From Octopus sinensis (taxonomy: Eukaryota), in NCBI RefSeq assembly GCF_006345805.1, contig NC_043011.1, forward strand, positions 51,906,464 to 51,970,463: a DNA stretch of 64,000 bases, written 5' to 3'. The notes beneath the pieces were generated by a model. It did not search any database. It saw nothing but the letters and a program-made list of their open reading frames with translations, and had not been told where the DNA came from. Shown one piece after another: positions 24,231 through 37,990 of the stretch. Position numbers and translations under genes: made by a program. Position 1 is the first letter of the stretch; each line of letters starts with the position of its first letter.

Positions 24231-26460
24231 TAATAATAATAATAATAACCTTTTATACTGTATGCACAAGGCCTGAAATTTAGGTAGAAGGTGCTAGTCG
24301 ATCACGTCAACTCCAGTGCTCAACTGGTATTTATTTCATCAACCCTGAAAGGATGAAAGGCAAAGTTGACTTTGATGGAATATGAACTCAGAACATAAAA
24401 AGAGATGGTTTGCCCGTAAGCAATTTCTGCATTGTGCTAATGATTCTGCCAATTTGCTGCTTTAATAATAATGTTTCAAATTTTGGCATAAGGCCAGCAA
24501 TTTTAGAGAAGGAAGTAAGTCAATTACATTGACCCCAGTACTTGACTGGTACTTATTTTATTAATCCCAAAACGATGAAAGGTAAAGTTGACCTTCATGG
24601 AATTTGAACTCAGAATGTGATGACAGATAAAATGCTGCTAAGCATTTTCCCCAGTGTGTTAACAGTTCTGCCAGCTCACTGCCATGATGATGATGATGTT
24701 AATAATAATAATAATGATAATAATAATAATAATCAATGTGTGTATATATATATTTGTATATACACTTGTGTGCTTATGTTGGATATGAAGCTGTCTTTAT
24801 AAATGATACTATAAAAATTCCATGCATTCCAAGAACAGATTTCATTGTGGTTTTCATGTCAGGATCTCTATACACCATTTGCCATTTTCTGCTTTAAGTG
24901 AAATCCACAAAATGTTCCCTGCATCCTCCTCAATCTATTTCTCAGTCCCTGTCACACATCAGCCTGTCCCTAGCCATCACCACCCCCAATCCAGACCATT
25001 AGGTATTAATCTCTTCTAATTTGAATTGATGTGTAGCTTGCCACGGTTTAAGCTGAGGAGGTAAATCCAATTTCAGATCGGGTGGCTGCAGTCTCAATTG
25101 TCATACCTTAAACATATTAATTTTCTTTTTATACTTACCACCACCATGACTACTGCTGGCGGTGGTCATGGTATTGTCATAAATGCTTATATTGAAATAA
25201 GATAGATGGAATATTGTGCTGGAAAATTAGTTTCAGTCATTGTACTGTAGCCATGCCGGGACACTGCCTTTAAGAGTTTTAGTCAATCATATCAACCCCA
25301 GTATTTTATTCGAGTCTGTTAATTATTCTGCCAGTTCACCATCTTTTATGGTTTCTGATTTTGGCACAAGGCCAACAATTTTGAAGGGAAGGGTAATAGT
25401 CAATACCATCAACTCCAGTACTTGGCTGATATTTTATTTTATCAACCCTAAAGAACAAAACGTAAAACAGATCTCAGCAGGATTTGACCACAGAACATAC
25501 AGGTCTGTAACTGAATAACATAAGGCATTTTTGCCAGCACTCTCACAATTCTGATGATTCATATCCCTAATAATAATAATAATCCTTTCAGCTATAGGTA
25601 CAAGGCTTGAAATTTTGGAAGAGGGGGCTAGTTGATTACATCAACCTCAGTACTTGACTGGTACTTATTTTATTGACCCCCAAAGGATGAAAGGCAAAGC
25701 CGACCTCAGCGGAATTTGAACTCAGAGTGTAAAGTTGGATGAAATGCTGCTAAGCATTTTGCCTGGTATGCTAATGATTCTGCCAGCTCACCATCTTGGC
25801 AGCATTTGAACTCAGAAAATAAAGCCAGATGAAATGCTTTTATGCTCTTTGTCTGATGTGCTAACAATTCTACCAGCTTGCTGCAGTAGCTTCAAATTTT
25901 CGCCTGAAATTGTGGGGAAGGGAGGTAGTCAATTGCATCAACTCCAGTGCTTGCCTGGTATTTATTTCATTGACCCCAAAAGGATGAAAGGCAATGTTGA
26001 CCTCGGCGGAAACAACAACAATCCTTTCTGTTATAGACACAAAGCCAGCAATTTTGTAGGCTGGGGAAGTTGACTGCATTGTCTCCAGTACTTATTTTAT
26101 CAACCCATAAAAGAGGAAAGGTAAAGTCAACCTTGGTGGCATTTGAACTCGGAATGCAACGCGTCAAAAGAAATGCCACTAATAATTTTCTCTAGTGTAC
26201 CAATGATTCTGCCAGCTTGAGACCTTAATAATATAATGGTTTCAAATTTTGCCGCAAGGGCAGCCATTTTGGAGGAAGGGGTGAGTCAATTGCATCGACC
26301 TCAGTGTTTCACTGGTACTTAATTTATTGACCCTGAAAGGATGAAAGGCAAAGTTGACCTCAGCAGAATTTGAACTCAAAGTGTAGCAATAAGCAAAGTA
26401 CCCCTAAGCATTTTGTCCAGTATGCTATCAGTTCTGCCAGCTTGCTGCCTTTATAATAAT
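24231..26460 (-). mobile_element. Head-to-tail array of about 8 family C SINE-like copies with (ATT)n-type tails
   Basis: Units begin near 24231, 24464, 25351, 25568, 25794 (partial), 25890, 26011 and 26226; each carries CCCAGTACT...GGATGAAAGGCAAAGTTGACC...TTTGAACTCAG...TTCTGCCAGCT. Confidence 0.85.
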
Positions 26461-27938
26461 AATAATTATGATAATATTAGTATTAATAAACAACCTAACA
26501 CTGTTTAAAAATTATTGTTAAATTTATGTAACCCCTTAGTAATGGTCTGTGATGTTCTTATATAAATTCTCTTTTTATTGAATGAAAGAAGAAAAAAATT
26601 TTAGATTACAAAAAAAAAATCAATAAAAAAGGCAATATGTAAAAAAAAAAAAATGGTTTTTAATTTATTTGAGAAGCCTCAGACAAGAAGAAGGAAGTTC
26701 TTCTTTAATTGGAATGTCTTTCTCATGTTCGTGCTGTTGTTCTTGGTTTATCTTCAGTCTGGGAATGCTGAGAAATGGTTATTCTGTAGATTGTTGCTAC
26801 TAATGATGAAATGGACATATTGGGCAACTGCCAACATTATCTCTCTCCCTTCCCTCCCCATCACTCTTTCCCTCTCCAAGACTTCTCTCTCTCTCTCTCT
26901 CCATACACACACACACACACATCTCAAACACAGATTATCTCTTTCTCTCCTCCCTTTCTCTGTGTCTCCTTTCTTTTTTCTGTTCATATATATATATATA
27001 TATATTTTATAGACTTATTCAGTCTTTATTTCTTTTATTCCTTCTACTTCACTCACTTTCTCCATCTATTCCTTTTTTCTCTCTCTTCACACACAGACGT
27101 ACATAGATACACGTAGATATGTATACACATGTGCACATATACACACACACATTTAGTGTAGTTGCAATTAATAAACCTTTTAATTTCATGTCAATTATTA
27201 AGAAATATTTTATATCCATTCCACAACAATTTCTTTCCAGAATCTTCAGAAATGCTCTAAATATTTTTTCTACCTGTCTAATTTTCCCACTCAACGTTTC
27301 ATAGATTGATGTTTAATTGTTATTAATAACATCTCAAGTATCTAAAATGTCTTTACAAAGTCAACAGTCGACAGAGTGTTCTGAGAGCTTTTCTCTCTTT
27401 TTTTCTTTCTTTTCTTTTCATTCTGCTTTTTCTCCCTTTTACTGATTGTCTCGTGTTGTCTAATTTCATTTCCATCGTCTAAATGCAGTGTTGGCCTATA
27501 CAGCCTAGAGACAAAATATGCATCGCTGATTTCCTCTTGCATTATCTCAGTGTCTGAGCTGTTTTCTCACTTCCATTGGGGGAAATGTTCGACTTAGCAT
27601 AGTGATCTAATGAAACAGCCCCTAGTCTCACAGTGCTGTTGCTCTTTACAGTGGTGAACTAACCAACTCATGGTACCTCTATACAGTTAGTTGGGCTGAG
27701 TTTATAGACAGTGATATATGTGTCTTGGCCACAGATGAAATACAATACTAGCGTCTGACTACAAACCACTCACCTCCTGCTTGGTTAGCTGATATCCTTC
27801 CGACCTGGTCATCAAAGCTCTCACATTAGAATTAAAATGAATAAAACCTGATGGGATACAATGATTATGAGGTCATGGGGCTGAACATGCTGATCAGATG
27901 GTCATGCATTCAAATTTTACTGCAAGATACTCAACTTT

Positions 27939-27986
27939 GCTTCTTCTTCTTCTTCTTCTTCTTCTTCTTCTTCTTCTTCTTCTTCT
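27939..27986. repeat. (CTT)n microsatellite
   Basis: Directly visible. Confidence 0.95.
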
Positions 27987-30900
27987 TCTTCTCTTCTTCT
28001 TCTTCAGTTTAACCTAACTGACTGGTAACAAGTTTAATTCTTATTTCACATTTGAGCAATTAATTGAAAGAAAGGGATTCACTTATAAAAACAACCACAA
28101 CATTTGCTTCACCAAAATCCATCTGGCTTGCACTAAACATTTTAAAATATAGCGAAAATATTTTGGTTAAGTATTGATTTCTTGCTTAAACAGAAAACCA
28201 CATTTATAGGAGATGGGAAATAAGATTAAATGACATTCCTGCTTTTCCCTTCTGATTAAGTCTTTTCCATGAATCACAACTAGTCATGGATGAGCCAACA
28301 AAGAAACCACTCTGTAGTGGATCAGCCTAGCCGAATTTCTGAGAAATCATGCCAAAACATCTAAATAAATAAAGGACGCATCACACACTGTTGTCCTGCA
28401 TATTTGAAAAGATGGAATGGTCAAGGTTGAAACCTACTTCATCATGGGCCTTCTCAATCAGGGCTAAACAACAACTAAGTTGATAGTTTGTGTTTTAAAG
28501 AATTAACATCTTGCTTTTTTTTTTATGGCATTAGCTACAGTTTATTCAAATATTGATTCTTCATATTAGTACAAGTCCACACAAATTTATAGGGGCGAAT
28601 TGTAATCTATCAGGTCCTGTCTATAATGATAATTTATCTTAAGAGCCCTAGTCAGAGGAAAAGCAAAGTCAATTCTTGTCATGGGTTCAATGTGAAGCGC
28701 AAAAAGGACAGAACTGAATCCTGAAAACATTTAGTCCAGTGCAGTGTTGTTGCTATCATTCTTATGCTTTAATTCATTCAAGTATTAGGTACTTTATGGC
28801 AGCCTTTAACCCAATGAAGTATTGGTCAGAGCTTAATGGTTTATGGAATACCATCAGGATTATAATGTGTTTATTAGATACAATGTACCAGTTCTTTAAA
28901 GTGTGAATTTATTTCTGAATTATTATTACTGGTACTATAGATCTTTGGTCAGAATTTTATAGCACTGCTACTTAATATATTGATTCTGGGATGAAGGAAG
29001 GACAAAGTTGAACCTTAGGGTGATTTTGAACATAGAAAGTTGTGGATGAAACTAAAATACTACAGACATTTTAATACTAAAATACTGTAGACATTTTCGT
29101 CTGATTCTGTCTCATTTCTGTCACGCTTACAACTCTACTTTAATCAAAGTGGCTGAGACAGCAGGTATTAAATTAATTAATTTCTTCTGACTAAATTTAA
29201 TTTGTGGCCATCACTACCATCAGGGCTTTTTAATACTGGTGTGGTTGATGTATATAAAATATTATTAGTAATATAGCATCTAGACTCTGCAGAATTAGTC
29301 TTCATGGAAACGGCAAAGGAGCAGAAATGGCAGAATGTCAACTAAATTCCTTGTAGTTGTTAATTTTATTCTTCTTAGTTGTAATTTCAACAAGATCAAC
29401 TTTGTCTTCTAGCTTTCTAGGTTCTATAAAATAGACACCAATTGTTACTTACTATTGGTTGAATGTATCCCTTCTCTAGAACATCTAACCTTGCACCACA
29501 ACATACATACATGCATGCATGATGGACTCTCCTGTCGAAGGTGATGTATGAGCTTTCAGTTTTTGCCGAATGACCTGCACAAATGATTGTTTATAGTGAT
29601 CAAATGTTCATACCGCACATTAGCTCCCTCCCTCCAAATCGATGTTGCTTGAACAGGTGTATGGTGTTCCATGCATCAGGTGTCAAAGTGATTGCAGAGC
29701 AATATGAGATGAGGTGTTTTGTCCAAGAACACAACACACCACCCAGTCTAGGAATTGAAACCATGATTTTGCATGCAACACCCTAACCACTAGGTCATGC
29801 ATCCTCACTACATACATACATACATGCATGCATGGGCTGTGAGAAGCTATATACACTCAGGCGCTTTTCACTTTTTGCTGGAATCCACAGGTTTGCTTGA
29901 TTCTGGCTTTTGATAAATTTTTTTTCAGTATATCATTCTGCTCACTTCCAATCTTGTTTTGCTACTTCTCTACCTTGTTACTGACATGTACAACTTTTCT
30001 AAAATTGTTTCATTGAAAATAAATATAATTTTTAGCATTCAAATGGAAAATCAGTTGGCTCATGATACAAAAGAAGAATTTTTTTCTTCTAGGAGAACAG
30101 ACTCCATATGAGGAGACTGTTGCTTCATGTTCCATAGATTTTGTCTAGAGGGCAGGAATTTGATCCATAACAAAATTACTATTCAGAGGCATCTTATCTC
30201 AACCCAACATGGAAAATGTTTTACTGCCAAAGCATATATAAGTTCCAGAAATGTGAATTATTCTCGCTGCTTGTCATCTGCTTTCTAAATAGGCTCAAAA
30301 TAATTCTCCAAAAAATATCCTACTTCTTTGGTCTCTATATTTCTAGTTCTGTTGTTATACTTCTTTGTTCACATTTTGCTGATCATAAGAGCTGTTATAG
30401 AGTGGTTCAAATTTGCTCTGCATACTGGTGAACCGAGGAAGCATAGTAACACTCCAACATTTACCCTGGCTACAAATATGTACCATTTGTGGGAGAGGGG
30501 TAGTTGGGGAAGCCATGCCAACCGACACACACACACACACAAATTCGCATTTATTAGTATAGATATATATTCAAATTTTTGAAGAGATATTCACTGGAGC
30601 AATAAACTGGTTCATAGCTCTGCTGTTGGCTAGTACTTCAATAGAATTCTTAAATAGCATTTTCTACAAAGAAACTGTATTGATTCTGACTTTGAAATAA
30701 TCCAATTTTCTAAATATTTATAAGTTCTAACATGTTTAGTATTAATAATATTCAACTAGTTTTCATTGAAAAAGCGAATAGCAAGATAAAGGATCTTCAT
30801 TTCTTCATTTTACTTTTTTTCCTCTCTGCTGTTGTTGTTATTATCATTATCATCTTTATTATTATTATCGTTATTATCATTATTGATGATTTTATTTTGG

Positions 30901-31410
30901 CAGTTATTATCTCTTATTCATTGTATTATGTTCTTATGTCACTCTCTGTGTTTCAGTCTTCTTTTGTCTGGTTTCCCTGTCTGTGACAAGTCATTCTTAA
31001 AGCCAAAAAGCTCAAACACATATTCTCAATTGCAGCTGTTTTAACTGCCCCGTCTTGTCCCTCTTTAAACTTGCATATATATGTCCGAACTTACTGACCA
31101 AATCTCTTTTGTACACTTTTCAGAGAACAAGCACAAATATGCAAATTAAGCTATTTGCTACAGTGATAACATAATTTATGACTCCTTTATATATTATAGA
31201 TGAATATTCTATGTTGTTATTGATTAGGGAAGTAAACAGACTGTGTCTCCTCTGGGGAGCAGTCAACAAACCTGGAAACCCTCCCTTCTGTTTTTCTGCA
31301 CTTCAAATGCAAAGAAGGAATGTATTTATATTCATATATTTCTCTCACAGCTTGGCTTTCTAATATTTAAATTTATTTCTGTCCTTTTGATTCATGATCA
31401 GTTGTTGCAT

Positions 31411-31495
<85 letters not shown>

Positions 31496-32343
31496 TTAGA
31501 TGTATATTATAAGTGCAAGCAAAAAAAAAAAACATGTGGTTGAGAATTTTGCATGCAACTATGTGATTCTGAGTTCGATTCTACAGCACATCACTTTGGA
31601 TAAGTTTCTTCTACTACAACCTTAGATTGACTAATGCTTTGCGAGTGGAGTTTCATGTACAGAAACTGTGAAGAAGCCCATTGTGGGTGTGTGTATCATC
31701 ACCATTATCATCATCATCATTTCACATCTGTTTTCCATGCTGGCATGGGTTGACTAGTTCACTACAGACTGAGTCAATTCCCATTAGGAGCTCCTAACAA
31801 ATATGAACTCTCTCTCTCTCTCTCTCTCAACACACACATACACACATTCATTTGTTTGCATCCACTTTTCCATGCTAGAATGGATTAAATGAATACATAA
31901 TACTGAAGTATTGTTCTTATAATTGGAAGTCTTTCTTACCACTAACTTTTTAGCTCTTTCTCAACTAAGGGATTTTTCTTAATTATGCATATTTTTAGAA
32001 GTAATTATGCACATTTTTAGAAGCTGGGTGATGACATATTGAGAAGGGATGACAAGGAAGTTTACCTTTTTGTAGCTTAAAGCTTTTTCATGTAAACTTT
32101 CACATAACCACTCCCCATGCATACACTCACACACATGCATACATACACACAAGCATACATACACACATGCATACATACACACATGCATACATACACACAT
32201 GCATACATACACACATACATACATGCATATATACACACATGCATACATACATGCATGCATACACACATACACACACAAGACAACCTCAAGGACAAGAAGC
32301 CATCGCTGCTCATAATAAAAATGTGAACTGATGGAATGTCCCA

Positions 32344-32562
32344 GTGAAAACCTCAATCAAATGTAAACTCAATCGACCTGACATAACGATTTGGGATAGA
32401 GAAGAAAAACTGTGTACAGTTGTGGAAATCAGCAAACAAGAAAATATCTACACGGAACCTTTGAGAAATTTGCAGTTATCCTATCCAGATTACAAGTTCA
32501 GGTTTATACTTGTAATTATTGGGGCACTGAGATATGTAACACTGCCTAAATACCAATCTTGA
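32344..32562 (+). mobile_element. Fragment of a restriction-like-endonuclease (R2/R4/NeSL-type) LINE
   Basis: NRPDITIWDREEKLCTVVEIS...ENIY.PLRNLQL.YPDYKF.FI.VIIGAL matches the PD..D/E-K RLE C-terminus; internally deleted. Confidence 0.75.
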
Positions 32563-32744
32563 GAATCACAAGCTCTGGGGGTTGCTCTGTGCTACAGTAG
32601 AAATCCCTTCCCCACAGTGCCCAATGAAACTGAACACAAAACCATGTGTTTGAGAAGTGGACCTCATAACCACACAGCTGTGAATGCATTTTTGCTCATG
32701 CAGGCATGGTATGCCTTTTATGTTCAAAATTAATTTAGACATTT

Positions 32745-32905
32745 CAGGAGTGGCTGTGTGGTAAGTAGCTTGCTAACCAACCACATGGTTCTGGGTTCAG
32801 TCCCACTGCATGGCATCTTGGGCAGGTGTCTTCTGCTATAGCCCTGGGCCGACCAAAGCCTTGTGAGTGGATTTAGTAGACGGAAACTGAAAGAAGCTTG
32901 TCGTA

Positions 32906-32970
<65 letters not shown>

Positions 32971-33171
32971 TTGTGTGTCTGTGTTTGTCCCCCTAGCATT
33001 GCTTGACAACCGATGCTGGTGTGTTTATGTCCCCGTCACTTAGCGGTTCAGCAAAAGAGACCGATAGAATAAGTACTGGGCTTACAAAGAATAAGTCCCA
33101 GGATCGATTTGCTCAACTAAAGGCGGTGCTCCAGCATGGCCACAGTCAAATGACTGAAACAAGTAAAAGAG
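32745..33171 (+). mobile_element. tRNA-derived SINE family A, full bipartite copy
   Basis: CAGGAGTGGCTGTGTGGTAAG head, GGGTTCAGTCCCA B-box-like motif, CTTGGGCAGGTGTCTT central motif, internal (TA)n(TG)n, conserved 3' module. Confidence 0.9.
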
Positions 33172-34522
33172 AAAGAAAAGAGAGAGATATGATAAGATTT
33201 ATGGCAAAAGGAAATAAGTACAGGGTGGATATCATTAACTATAACCTTTGAAAGCAATGTACTGGAATAAATAGGAAAGAATCACACCATCTTATGTCCA
33301 ACCTATGCCAGCATAGATAGATAGATAGACAGGCACAGACAGCCAGATAGTATTTTGTGTGTCTATCCTGACACCTCATCACCATCATTGTTTCTCTCTT
33401 TCCATCTAGGGTAGTTTTGTATTCCCTTTACAAAAGCCACTTACTACTGTCTCTCTATCATACTTCAACCTGTCAATGCCTGATATATAAAGCCTTCTCC
33501 CTCAATATTATGCCCTCTCCACACACTCAGAGGAAGGAAGGGTCTTATCTTGTGAGTTGCCTCACTGGTGCTGCTGCCATGAAAAAAGCACCCAGTATAC
33601 TCTGTAAAATTATTGGTGTTAGGAAGGGCATCCAACCATAGAATCCATGCCAATGCAGACATTGGAACTCAACACAGTTCTCAGTCCAGCCCAGCATCAA
33701 ATATGGCTTTGAATGATGATGATGATGATAATAATTTAGAAACCAAGTCTAGCAAAAACTGGGGATTTTTTTGCTTTGTTTTGTTTTTGTTTTTACCTAG
33801 AAAAAATCTAATTCAAGCAAGAAACCACGAGGTGTTGGTCTTCATGTCTCATCATTGTCACATGTGTATGTGTGTGTATTTGTTTGCGTATGTAGTTCTC
33901 AAAGAATTACTCAGCTATGGGCAATGCCTTTGCTATTATTTTCTTTGTCAAAGGGTTATCTGCTGACTTTGCTTCTTCAAAGATGTGTAGAATAAGATAT
34001 CTCTTGCTTGAAAAACAGGTAACGATTTGCAACAGGAAGGGCATCCGGCTCTGAGGCAATGTTTCAACAATATATTCATCCCACTCATACTAGCATTGGA
34101 GAAAAAAAAACATAAAAACGAACATACCTCAGATAAACAGACTATTTTTGTAATACTGGAAATATGCACAAAAAGAAAAACAAAAAGACACAGGAGGGAC
34201 AGGTTCTAATAAATAGTGTATTACTTTAATACCTAAAGGAACATTTTGGGCATTAGTCCTTCAACAGAAGAAAAGCATAGAAGGAATGAAAAAGAGGGAA
34301 AGTTGTTGAGAAGCAAAAAAAAGCAGGTAAATGGGGAATTCGGAAGAAAGGAGAGTGTTTACATATAAAGGAGTGTATCCATGCTTTAGATGGACATAAA
34401 ACAGGGGAAGTGATGTGTGTGTGTTTTTTAGGTATCTGCATGTGTATGGAGGAGTGCAAGTGCTGAACTATAGTGGCTTGGGTTAGCAGGGGTATAACGT
34501 GTTTATGTATGTGTGTATTCTG

Positions 34523-34830
34523 TTACTTGTTTCAATCATTTAACTGCAGCCATGCTGGAGCACCACCTTTGGTTGAACAAATCAACCCCAAGACCTATTC
34601 TTTGTAAGCCTAGTACTTATTCTATTGGTCTTTTTTGCCAAACCACTAAGTGGAGAGACAAACACACACAATGGGCCTCTTTCAGTTTCCATCTACCAAA
34701 TCCACGCACAAGGCTTTGGTCGGCCAGAGGCTATAGTAGAAGATACTTGCCCAAGGTGCCACACTGTGGGACTGAACCCGGAACCGTGTGATTGGGAAGC
34801 AAGCTTCTTACCACACAGCCACACCCATGC
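34523..34830 (-). mobile_element. SINE family A, internally deleted copy
   Basis: Homologous to 21292-21705. Confidence 0.8.
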
Positions 34831-34840
34831 CTATGCATAA

Positions 34841-35447
34841 TCTATACATATAAATTTGACATGGGCGATTCTTTCTTGTCTTGGGATTCAGAGTCAAACA
34901 GCTGAGTAGAATTGCACGAAAAATTACACAGATGTGTAGAATGATCCGGTGGTGATGCTGGGCTTTGTATTTTTTCATAGCTCCCATGATTACTGAGATA
35001 ATCTTCTATAATAATACTCTTGTGTTTATGAATGAGAAAGGAAGGGTGATGTCATACTTGGTAGTGGGATGATGAAAATTGTATGCTGAAAAAATAAATC
35101 AAACAGTGTTTCAACTCTGTGAATATATGTGTGTGTATGTAAAAGGGGGAGGGTATGTGAATGTGTGGGTGTGTGTGTCTGTCTGCGTGCACGTGTGCGC
35201 AAGGGAAGTGGGATGGTTCATCTTTGTTCGCTTAGTATTTGAGTTTATTTTTTGTTTTGGTTGAATCTTGGTTGTTGTTTTTTTATTTTTTTTTGTTGGT
35301 CTGTTATTTTTAGTGTTTTGACAGAAAAAGTCATTCTAAAATTGCTTTTTAACATAAGCGTGCCCAAACAAGTCAGATGCTTACACAGAGCAGGTTTTAC
35401 AACCATATCAACCAAACTGACCGGGTGAAACCAGGCTTAGCTGCTAG
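34841..35447 (+). mobile_element. Non-autonomous Helitron (607 bp)
   Basis: A|TCTATACATATAAA 5' end; 3' hairpin CCGGGTGAAACCAGG followed by CTAG|T; AT target site, no TSD. Confidence 0.7.
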
Positions 35448-35559
35448 TATATTTATAAAACTAAGAGTTCAATAAAATATAACTTGAAATTTCATTATTT
35501 TATTAAAACTGGGAGAAGAAAGTGAAAATTTTAAAATGTCACTTTAACTTTAATGACGT

Positions 35560-37450
35560 TTCAGTTGCTAAGTTCAAGACGACTGTTAATTTATGGATGA
35601 GTTAAGGTGAGGTTGGGGCAGATATGGCATGTACACTTTAATGTTACATAGAAAGCATTCAGGTCATCAACTATTTTGTTTCTCTTCTGTGTTATTTAGT
35701 GCTGGAAACAATATTTCACGTCAATACATTGGTGAGAAAATGGTTTGGAGTGCTTTTGCAAGTATTTTTTAAGAGCACCGGAATTTTCAGAAATGCAATT
35801 CCACACTTTTAGAAGTCATATTGTGAATGTTTATTCACAATTAATTCACATTCAGTCTCTTACAAATCAGTTCAACATGTAATGGGTTTTTTTTTTACTT
35901 TAAAATGCAATTGGAATGGAAGTCAATTAACTGCATTTTTAGATCTCTTAAATCCAACCATCCAAATGAATTTAACCCTTTTGTTATCATATTTCTGTTA
36001 AAATGCATTACGTTGTTTCAATTAATTTAAAAATATAATGAAGAATTTTGTAAAATAACCATGTCAGTATTAAGCTGAGGTTTAGAACATTAACAGGAAA
36101 TTTTGTTGGAAGGTTTTAAGTGAGGTCACTTTAAAACAGGAAATTTGTATCATAGTACCATAGGTGGTCTCAGGCGGGTTGGTGTCAAAAGGATTCTAGA
36201 TTCAGATCTTTAAAACTTGTTTCATCAGGATATTTTATAAATCATATTTATTTCCTATGACTCACTAAATTGCGAAATCTAGAAGAAAACTGCTCAGTAA
36301 CAGCCCTTAGAAAACAAGCGACAGCTATCACTCACGAACAAGTATGACCTGGTAACATGTACCATATTGTTGTTGTTTTAGGTGCCCATTTAGCTGTGAG
36401 CAGACATAGACATCCTCTCAGTCCTCCTACTCTTTACTCAGCTGAACATTGAAGATGTAGTAGCTGGAGGGTGAGCAAGAGCTGTACTAGCACTGGACCT
36501 CTACTCATTTTTAGTTGAATAGACTAAAGCAATGTAAAATGAAGTGTTTTGCTCAAGGAAATAATGTGTTGCTTGGTCCAAGATTGAACTCACAACCTTA
36601 TGATCAGAGACTCAATACCCTAATCACTAGGTCACAGAAAGCTTCTATAAGTTATTTTGTGTGTTGTTCAAACTTTTAGTTTCTTCAAAAAATTTCTTCA
36701 TCCTTGGGAAGTAATTGAAACTTTTACTTTCTAATTCACACTGAGCTATGTTGAGTTACTTTGATCAAGTGAAACATCACATCAACAGATTTCCTAGACT
36801 TTGCAATTTAATATTAAGCTCATTCAAATGCAATGGAAGATTCCGGAAATCTCTGAAGTCTACCTGGAGATGAAAATTGTGTTCCATGCTTTGTTTATCT
36901 AAAAATAGTTTGATTTTACTTATACATTCAACAAACCATTCAAGTACTTGACATTTGACTCAAGCATCTTACATTATTGTACATTAGTTAACTGTTGTAA
37001 ATTGATTCAGTTTCATTTGAAAGTAAATTTTTATTTATGCAAAGTCATAGCAGTTATTGAATTGACTATCTTTACCACAACTCTCATTGCATTATCAAAA
37101 TATTTAAAGTCGGATTTTGCATATATTATTTCCTGATGTGTAATAACAATGGAAAGAAACAAGGAGATGGCCAATAGCCTCTGTAAATTACTCTACGAAG
37201 CCAACATTTTGGCATACTGTATTAGAGACACTGTCAAAAACAATCAAAACTGTTTTTGACAAATCTATTTGTCTTTCAATAAACACTTAGCAAACACAAT
37301 CACTAATGTCTTTCCCTGACATATTTTGAAACAAATTCTCTGACTTAATCAATTCCTTATGAAAAACATCTCTGGAAATGTGCAGTAATAACTTATCTCG
37401 CTGATGATCTAATATCAGTCAGTGGTCTTATCAAAACAAATAGAATAAAC
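35560..37450 (-). mobile_element. Decayed hAT (Charlie/Buster/SPIN-like) transposase
   Basis: Broken translations in order: DKTTD; MSGKDISD...IDLSKTVLIVFD; FHC..HQE...AK; MRVVVKIVNSI; LHLNELNIKLQ; a weak C-terminal block at ~35560-35870. Interrupted by a MITE and a SINE. Confidence 0.75.
35972..36195 (+). mobile_element. piggyBac-like TTAA MITE (family 1)
   Basis: TTAACCCTTTTGTTA 5' end; homologous to the reverse complement of 54533-54769; 3' end decayed. Confidence 0.7.
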
Positions 37451-37639
37451 AAAAATCACAAGTATCTGTTTCTTCAGTTTGATTTTCTGTCTTAGTGTCC
37501 ATTTTCATAATTGCCTTTAATAGTATTTCCGTTTATTGCTAACTTGTTCATACACTTTACAATGATGCCCCTATTAGGAAAGTTTTCAAATGCTTTAATA
37601 AGTATACCGTTACTTAGTGATTTTCCATGAGGAACACAG

Positions 37640-37990
37640 CATTGCATGTGTGATAAGGAGTTTGCTTCCCAACTGCATTCAGTCCTACTATGTAGATCAG
37701 TCCCACTGTGTGGCATCCTGAGTGTCTTCTACTATAGCTCCAGCTTGACCAGAGCCTTGTGAGTGGATTTGGTAGATAGAAACTGAAAGAAGCTCATAGT
37801 GTATGTATCTGTGTGTTCTTTTGTTATGTTTGTCCTCAACAACCACTTGGCAACCAGCATTTATGTCCCTGTAACTTAGAGATCAACAGAATAAGTATCA
37901 GGCTTCAAAGCAAATAAGTACTGGGCTCAATTTGTTCAAGGTGGTGCCCCAGCATGGTCATAGTCAAAATGATTGAAACAAGTAAAAAGA
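37640..37990 (+). mobile_element. SINE family A, decayed copy
   Basis: Homologous to 32745-33171. Confidence 0.75.

Noticed and set aside
24231-26460. CRISPR-like or satellite interpretation of the repeated units
   Set aside because: Units are ~220-bp diverged copies of a family also dispersed elsewhere in the window; there are no short identical repeats with unique spacers, and the context is eukaryotic.
26653-27012. 119-aa + strand ORF with a signal-peptide-like hydrophobic stretch
   Set aside because: Its second half is CT/CA microsatellite, it has no recognisable homology, and it lies inside the VPS41 intron.
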